This document shows, in pieces, positions 55,478 through 64,000 of a stretch of DNA of 64,000 bases. The stretch is from Eledone cirrhosa. Taxonomy: Eukaryota. Under the pieces are notes generated by a model that saw only the letters and a program-made list of their open reading frames with translations, was not told the DNA's origin and did no database searches. How positions within the stretch are numbered: the stretch's first letter is position 1; every line of letters starts with the position of its first letter. The position numbers and the translations under genes were made by a program. The DNA lies in contig OZ024747.1 in the NCBI GenBank assembly GCA_964016885.1, positions 8,370,001 through 8,434,000 of the forward strand, written 5' to 3'.

Positions 55478-56244
55478 TAATTACAAGAAACGAAGAGAGT
55501 TGTGTGGTTACTGTAAACAAAGTTTAAGATGGTAGTATGGATGAAACAAGAGAAGAAATCCTTCATCAGCTGTAAACCACAGATCATAGATGTTTCGGCA
55601 CTTAAAACAGGACATCAAAAGCGATCGGCGGCGCGCCCAAGGCCTTTATATATTTATATACACTGTGTGTGTATCTTTGAAAGTAGAGTGAAATTGTTTT
55701 AATAGGACACTTCAATGATCAAGTGAGTGCTGACCATCAACCGTGGTCTGGTATTCTCAATCAACATGAAATGGGGGCAAATTAACTCAAAGGGTTTACA
55801 TCTTCTTACTCTTTACAGAGAACCTGACTTTGCAATCACCAACACTGTCTACCTTCAGACAAAGAATCACAAAACAACTTGAATGCATCGAGATCAAAGG
55901 ATTGAGATATGACCAATTACATAATCACAAAGCAGTGTGATATGAAGGACTTTAACATCACCTGTTCTTTCCACAGTCCCTGCTATCTTTCATACAACAA
56001 TCTTTTGTATAGTAAAGTTTCCTACCTCATTGCTCAGAAGAAGTATATAACTCATCAATCCCACAGAACATCAATGTCTTCTCACTGAAATTCAGTCATA
56101 CTAAAAGTTATCTGATTGTCTTGAAGTGTCTCTTGATTCAAGTAAACTGATGACATTGAGTCATCTTGGAAGTCCCTCAGAAACACCACTAATAATATTT
56201 CCTTAGAGATATTGGGCCTAACTGTAGAGATGGAATCTAAAATA

Positions 56245-56492
56245 GTTGCTAGGGAACCAAAAATGTTTGGTACACAACCAAGGATAATTGGTTCAGAAAC
56301 GAAAATGCTTGGTATGGAACCAAAAATGGTACAGAAGCAATAATGATTGGTATGGAACCTAAAAGAATTGGTACAGAACCTAACATGGTTGGTATGGAAC
56401 TAAATATAGCTGGTATGGAACCAAAAACAATTGGTTTGGAATCTAAAATGGATGGTTTATATGGAAACTGAAATAGTTGATATGGAACCAAG
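56245..56492. repeat. Degenerate 21-bp minisatellite (ggtatggaaccaaaaatggtt)
   Basis: About 11 diverged units. Confidence 0.8.
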
Positions 56493-56741
56493 TTGAGAAA
56501 CCCTGGCTTTGGGTAGAACTTTGGAGGAGGCAATACTGAGGGTCAGATGCACAAAAATGTTGAAGAGTTAAGTTTCATATTAAGCAATAAACAAAGGTTC
56601 CTCCCCTGCCTCTCTCTCTCTCTCTTTCTCTCTCTCCCCTCCCTTCTCCCCCTTCTCCCTCTCTTTCCTCCCTTCTCCCCCTTCTCCCTCTCTCTCCTCA
56701 TAGTAGGTAACATTGTTCTTTATAATTTAATCAATAAATGG

Positions 56742-57800
56742 ATACACACCGCAGTACAGCCCTGCACACACCACCTCACACACATACACACCGCAGTACA
56801 GCCCTGCACACACCACCTCACACACATACACACCGCAGTACAGCCCTGCACACACCACCTCACACACATACACACCGCAGCACAGCCCTGCACACACCAC
56901 CTCACACACATACACACCGCAGTACAGCCCTGCACACACCACCTCACACACATACACACCGCAGAATAGCCCTGCACACACCACTTCACACACATACACA
57001 CCACAGCACAGCCCTGCACACACCACCTCACACACATACACACCACAGCACAGCCCTGCACACACCACCTCACACACATACACACCACAGTACAACCCTG
57101 CACACACCACCTCACACACATACACACCACAGCACAGCCCTGCACACACCACCTCACACACATACACACCACAGTACAGCCCTGCACACACCACCTCACA
57201 CACATACACACCACAGCACAGCCCTGCACACACCACCTCACACACATACACACCACAGTACAGCCCTGCACACACCACCTCACACACATACACACCACAG
57301 CACAGCCCTGCACACACCACCTCACACACATACACACCACAGTACAGCCCTGCACACACCACCTCACACACATACACACCGCAGAACAGCCCTGCACACA
57401 CCACCTCACACACATACACACCACAGTACAGCCCTGCACACACCACCTCACACACATACACACCATAGTACAGCCCTGCACACACCACTTCACACACATA
57501 CACACCGCAGTACAGCCCTGCACACACCACTTCACACACATACACACCGCAGTACAGCCCTGCACATACCACCTCACACACATACACACCACAGCACAGC
57601 CCTGCACACACCACTTCACACACATACACACCACAGTACAGCCCTGCACACACCACCTCACACACATACACACCATAGTACAGCCCTGCACACACCACTT
57701 CACACACATACACACCGCAGTACAGCCCTGCACACACCACCTCACACACATACACACCACAGCACAGCCCTGCACACACCACTTCACACACATACATACA
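56742..57800. repeat. 42-bp minisatellite, about 25 copies
   Basis: cacaccgcagtacagccctgcacacaccacctcacacacata. Confidence 0.96.
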
Positions 57801-57842
57801 TACACACCCTGGCTATATATATATATATAAATATATATATAC

Positions 57843-58000
57843 ATATACGATATTAAACAAATGGAAACTATATTTATAAAACCATATAGTTTCCATTTGT
57901 TTAATATCGTATATCTACTCCAAAAACTTGTCGAGTGCTTTATATCAGTTATAAAATATTTACTTGTTGTAACCCAACAATTTTAAATAAAACTTTTGCA
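57843..58000 (+). mobile_element. Family A copy 5, short fold-back lacking the HHR
   Basis: 31-bp arms (57843-57873 / 57884-57914) plus family tail. Confidence 0.8.
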
Positions 58001-58682
58001 TATATACATATATATATATATATATATATGTATGTATATATATATATATATATATGTATGTTTGTATGTATAAATATGTATACATCATCATCATCATCGT
58101 TTAACGTCTAGCATGGGTTTTCTATATATATATATGTATACATGTGTGTATGTATGTATGTATGTATGTATGTATATATATATATATATAAATGTATGTG
58201 TGTATATATGTGTATTTGTATGTATATATGTGTATTTGTATGTGTATATGTGTATTTGTATGTATATATGTGTATATATATACATATATATTAAAAACTC
58301 TGTTGAGTGCAGGTTATAGCTACTGTCGCTCAGAGAGTGGGATTGGCTCAGTGCACAGTCTTTCCTCACTTTAAAAAAATATCTTCATGCACAGGCATTG
58401 CACGATAGAATTAATTAATTGTTTATACTTTTGGCACAAGGCCAGCAATTACCCAGTACATTACTGGTACTTTATTTTATCGACCCCGTAAGGATGAAAG
58501 GCAAAGTTAACTTCGGCGGGATTTGAACTCAGATCATAAAGGGACATAACTATGCTAGAAAGCATATCCGACCCTCTACCGATACTGCCAATTCACCGCA
58601 CTGATAAAATTAATTAATAATTATTAATAATGGTATATCGTGCAATAGCCATCATATATATATATATATATGTATATATATA

Positions 58683-59230
58683 TCATCATCATCATCATCA
58701 TCAACGTTTAACGTCCGTGTTCCACGCTTGCATGGGTTTGGACGGGGGTAGTCCCACTTGAGGCAAGAGTGATTGTCTTGCTTGCATAGGACTGTCTGGC
58801 AGGTTTTCTACAGTTGGATGCCCTTCCTAACACCAACCACATTTACAGTGTGGGTCTGGGAGGTTTTTACCGTGTTGCCTACACGGCCACATTACAGTGT
58901 GGACTGTCTGGCGGGTTTTCTACAGTTGGATGCCCTTCCTAACACCAACCACATTTACAGTGTGGGTCTGGGAGGTTTTTACCGTGTTGCCTACACGGCC
59001 ACATTACAGCGTGGACTGTGTGTTTTTTTGTCGTGACACCTACACGATCTCATTTGTTTCGGCCTGGATGGCGCGGCACCAACATAACTTTACATAGAAC
59101 GGGGTGGTGTGGATGGGGTGGGGGTGGTGGCGGGACGGGGTGTATTTTGTTAGAGATGCCTACTGGCTGGAGTAGGTTTTACTATATATTTAGGTAAGGC
59201 GGGTCTTCTCTGTTACTGAGTACCGCCAAA
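58683..59230 (-). mobile_element. RTE LINE 3' fragment (last codons plus 3'UTR)
   Basis: Near-identical to 14851-15397, including the 112-bp duplication. Confidence 0.9.
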
Positions 59231-59310
<80 letters not shown>

Positions 59311-59514
59311 TATATACACAGAACCACACTACACCCCTCTATTGTCCCCTCCTCCTACTATCTCCACTAACCTCTACAGACAACAACTCTCAAACATTTG
59401 GAGAAAATAATAAATTCCTATAAATTTCCCTGTTCCTCCCCCTCTCTTCTCTCTCTTTTACCTCATACTGTCCCTCTGGCCGCCACTCAAGCTTTTTCCC
59501 TGTATTCCTCATTG

Positions 59515-59805
59515 CTCTATCTCTCTCTCTATCCCCATCTCTCTCTCTATCCCCATCTCTCTCTCTCTCTCTCTCTCTCTTCCCCCATCTCTCTCCCTCT
59601 CTCTCTTCCCCCATCTCTCTCTCTCTATCCCCATCTCTCTCTCTATCCCCATCTCTCTCTCTCTCTCCCTCTCTCTCTTCCCCCATCTCTCTCTCTATCC
59701 CCATCTCTCTCTCTCTCCCTCTCTCTCTTCCCCCATCTCTCTCTCTCTCCCTCTCTCTCTTCCCCCATCTCTCTCTCTCTCCCCATCTCTCCCTGTCTCT
59801 CTCTC
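59515..59805. repeat. ccccat(ct)n polypyrimidine minisatellite
   Basis: Visible repeated unit. Confidence 0.9.
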
Positions 59806-59886
59806 TGTTATGTTGTCTGTTTCTGAATAGTTTGCTGCATGTGACTATATTACATGTGTATGTGTGTCTGCATGTGACCATGCACA

Positions 59887-59919
<33 letters not shown>

Positions 59920-60134
59920 CTGCATGTGACCATGCAGATGTGTGTGTGTGTGTATGTGTGTCTGCATGTGACCATGCACATGTGTGTGTGTGTGTATATG
60001 TTTGTGTGTGATCATGTGCATGTGATCATATTACATGTGTGTGAGAGAGCATGTGATCAACATGTTTGTGTGCGTACATGTGGCTATGTATGTGTAAGAC
60101 CACGTACTATATCTGGTGTATGTGTGCATGTGAC

Positions 60135-61820
60135 CATATATGTATGTCTGTGTATATAACCATGTATGTATGTATGTCTGTGTGTGTGTATAACCATGTA
60201 TGTATATATGTGCATGTGTGTGCATGTGTATATAACCATGTATGTATATATGTGCATGTGTGTGCGTGTGTTTGTGTGTATATAACCATGTATGTATGTG
60301 TGTGTGTGTATATAACCATGTATGTATGTGTGTCTGTGTATATAACCATGTATGTATGTATGTATGTGTGTGTATATAACCATGTATGTATGGATGTGTG
60401 TGTATATAACCATGTATGTATGTATGTGTGTGTATATAACCATGTATGTATGTGTGTCTGTGTATATAACCATGTATGTATGTATGTATGTGTATATAAC
60501 CATGTATGTATGTATGTATGTGTGTGTATATAACCATGTATGTATGTATGTGTGTGTGTGTATATAACCATGTATGTATGTATGTATATGTATGTGTGTT
60601 TGTGTGCATATTACCCTTTATGTATGTTTGTGTGTATATAACTATATATGTGTGTATGTGCTTGTGAGTATATAACTATGTATGTATGTATGTGTGTGTA
60701 TATAACCATGTATGTATGTGTGTGTATATAACCATGTATGTATGTGTGTCTGTGTATATAACCATGTATGTATGTATGTATGTGTGTGTATATAACCATG
60801 TATGTATGTATGTATGTGTGTATATAACCATGTATGTATGTATGTGTGTGTATATAACCATGTATGTATGTGTGTCTGTGTATATAACCATGTATGTATG
60901 TATGTATGTGTGTGTATATAACCATGTATGTATGTGTGTGTATATAACCATGTATGTATGTATGTGTGTATATAACCATGTATGTATGTATGTATATGTA
61001 TGTGTGTTTGTGTGCATATTACCCTTTATGTATGTTTGTGTGTATATAACTATATATGTGTGTATGTGCTTGTGAGTATATAACTATGTATGTATGTACA
61101 TGTGTGTGTATATAACCATGTATGTATGTATGTGTGTGTATATAACTATGTATGTATGTATGTATGTGTGTGTATATAACCATGTATGTATGTATGTATG
61201 TGTGTGTATATAACCATGTATGTATGTGTGTCTGTGTATATAACCATGTATGTATGTATGTATGTGTGTGTATATAACCATGTATGTATGTATGTACATG
61301 TATGTGTGTCTGTGTGCATATAACCCTTTATGTATGTACATGTGTAGTGTTTGTGTGTATATAACTATATATGTGTGTGTATGTGTATGTGTGTATATAA
61401 CTATATATGTATGTGTTTGTGTGTATATAACTATATATGTATGTGTTTGTGTGTATATAACTATATATGTATGTGTTTGTGTGTATATAACTATATATGT
61501 ATGTGTTTGCGTGTATATAACCATGTATATATGTGTTTGTGTGTATATAACCATATATATATATATATGTATGTGTGTATGTGTGTATATAACTATATAT
61601 GTATGTGTTTGTGTGTATATAACTATATATGTATGTGTTTGTGTGTATATAACCATATATGTATGTGTTTGTGTGTATATAACCATGTATGTATGTGTTT
61701 GTGTGTATATAACCATGTATGTATGTGTTTGTGTGTATATAACCATGTATGTATGTGTTTGTGTGTATATAACCATGTATGTATGTGTTTGTGTGTATAT
61801 AACCATGTATGTATGTGTGA
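60135..61820. repeat. gtatataaccatgtatgtatgtgt minisatellite with higher-order duplication
   Basis: tataacca/tataacta anchors every 24-34 bp; the ttaccctttatg block recurs at about 60611, 61019 and 61321. Confidence 0.92.
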
Positions 61821-64000
61821 TGTGCAGAAGTCATTATTTCAAAACTCGATATTTAGTTTCCCATTGTCTCTTTGAAAGTTAAGTTAAATGATTAAAAAAA
61901 ACATTATTTTGTTACTGGAAATAACATTATCTAATGTTACTTTGAAAATAAAGTAAAGTGATTTGAAGAAATATTATTTCAATACCGGATATATTGTTAT
62001 CCAAGATATAAAGAAACATTATTTCTAAATAAATATAATCCATCCAATGGGCTTCTACTATTTCACTGACAAAGTGAGGTCAACTTGGGGATATGGTACA
62101 GACTTGTGATTAACCCATAAAAAGTCTGAGATGATAAATGGGAGCTATTGCGAAACTCATTATGAAGACACCATACTCAGAATTCGGTCCATCATGAATG
62201 GGGCACATCTAATTCCAAGGGATTATGCCTACATTCTCAGTTCTCAAAAATCTTCTCAAAAACCATACGAGAGTGTCTGGAGACCAAACAAGCTGACCTG
62301 TTAAGGATGACAGATGGATTCCATCTCACCAATGTGCATCCCTCACTCTTCCTCTTCACGCTGCATGGTGCACCTTGTCACCTTTATGCAGAGCACTTCA
62401 ATAAACTTCATGCCACCATCTGTAATGTTAGTTTTGATACTGGCAACAGGTAAAACTCTCCCTGGGATTTCAGTGGCCGAGGGCTTGGTGCAACATCTGA
62501 CCTTGCACTGCCAGCCTTCTTATCTTCCATCTTCTCTAGCTGCACCCTCATCAGCAAGGTTCTCTGTGAGACATCAAAACCAGGCATGAACCAGGAACTC
62601 AAGTCAGTTCCGGATGTTTGGGTTGATGAGGGCCTCACCGACCCCAGTATTCAAGTTACCATTGCATCGGGGAGGACATCAAGTACAGGTCAACATTCTT
62701 CCTTACAACCAAACTGTGGTACATGACTCAATTCAGTGCCCTCCTCATCAACTGTAACCCTTCTTGGTGATGAGTACTTTTACATTGGAGTGGCCCTGTC
62801 TTTTAGCCTTGGTTTGTGTGAGCCACACAAATGCTGTTGTTAGTTCAGACTACACCCCCCCCCCCCTCTTTTGTCACCACAGTGTAGGTCAGTTCCATGC
62901 TGTGATGAATGTCAGCAGAATGACATTTGATACAGCTGGTTTCTCATCACAACTGAAACCTGTCAACCTTGACTGTGATGATGGTGAGCACCAAGAGAGG
63001 ATAACCCTTTTTCCATTCGAGGGAGTTGACTCTTTAATTTGGGATGCCATGTAATGCAACACATTCTCCACCTCCAACCCTGTTGCTTTGCCCCTACCCC
63101 AGGGCACTGCCACCTGTAACACAGAGGAGAGGAATACCGGGACTTACCCAACCAACTTCCTTATCATACTGGTTACCATTGATACCTCTGGTACTCTCAG
63201 TCCCCAAACTATTGTTTTCCTCTACCAAATCAGAAGAAATTCATCCCACCTGAGGAAGGAGTGTCATAAGGTGGAATGTCTGATGCAGTGGGTGTCACTG
63301 GCTAATCTCCACAGCACATCTGTGATACACTCCCTAGACAGGGGTGTAGTCTGTCACCCTTCCCAACTTTCCCTTACTTTTACTATTTAATATTTCCCTT
63401 TATTTTATTATCACAAACAATATATAATCCAATTGAAATTTAGACTCTGTTGGTTTTTAAATATGAATCAAAGACAACAAATACTGAGAGAAGGCAATGA
63501 ATAACCTCTGTATTTCCATGTAGAGCAGGTTAAATATGTATACATCAGGTGTATACATATTATATTTTGTGAAGGCATGTAGCTTAGTGGTTAGGTTGTT
63601 TGGCTCAAGAATGGAAGGTCATGAGTTCAATTCCTGGTAGCACACTGTATCCTTATTACTCCATAACACTTATTTCACATTGTCTCTATGATTAAAAGAG
63701 CCAACCATGTCACATTGAATTTCCTTGAGAAATACGTTAAAGGTACACATATGTGTATGTATGTGTATATAAGCTGCATCTGAATATGTGTGTGTATGTG
63801 TAGATATATGAGAACATATGTATGTAAGATTTTGCATGTGACATCTGTACCAAAGTGTGTCACTCTGCATGTAGGCTAACATGGCACCACAAAACATGCC
63901 ACACCAATCAGACACAAACAGGCAGGAAACTTACCTGCACTCTGTGGTATGACATGTAAATCACTTCCTCGTTTCATTAGCCATCTAAAGCAGCATCAAC

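Noticed and set aside
56720-57856. Approximately 370-aa repetitive ORFs on both strands
   Set aside because: Artefact of the 42-bp minisatellite.
62050-63390. GC-richer unique segment with short ORFs (possible old LINE or exon)
   Set aside because: No recognisable protein motif by eye; needs BLASTX or RepeatMasker.

Overview
AT-rich, microsatellite-saturated eukaryotic DNA with no convincing host protein-coding gene. The repeat content (tRNA-derived SINEs with LINE-like (GAT)n tails, RTE LINE fragments, very abundant (TA)n/(CA)n) most resembles a coleoid cephalopod such as Octopus; this assignment is inference. Nearly all long ORFs are translations of tandem repeats. The only real coding remnants are RTE-clade LINE reverse transcriptase fragments, one with an embedded C4HC3 PHD finger. 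The main observation, made by eye and not by folding software, is about a dozen minimal type I hammerhead ribozyme (HHR) motifs in at least three sequence families. The best family sits in fold-back elements inserted in (TA)n at 50.6-58 kb, with inverted arms up to 168 bp and a similar apex-to-ribozyme distance in three copies. This resembles Penelope-like element (PLE) pseudo-LTRs or retrozymes. A second family has a CCGANGA (U4C) core. The window also holds unrelated fold-back elements, a minisatellite > hAT > Helitron nest, piggyBac-like MITEs and many minisatellites.
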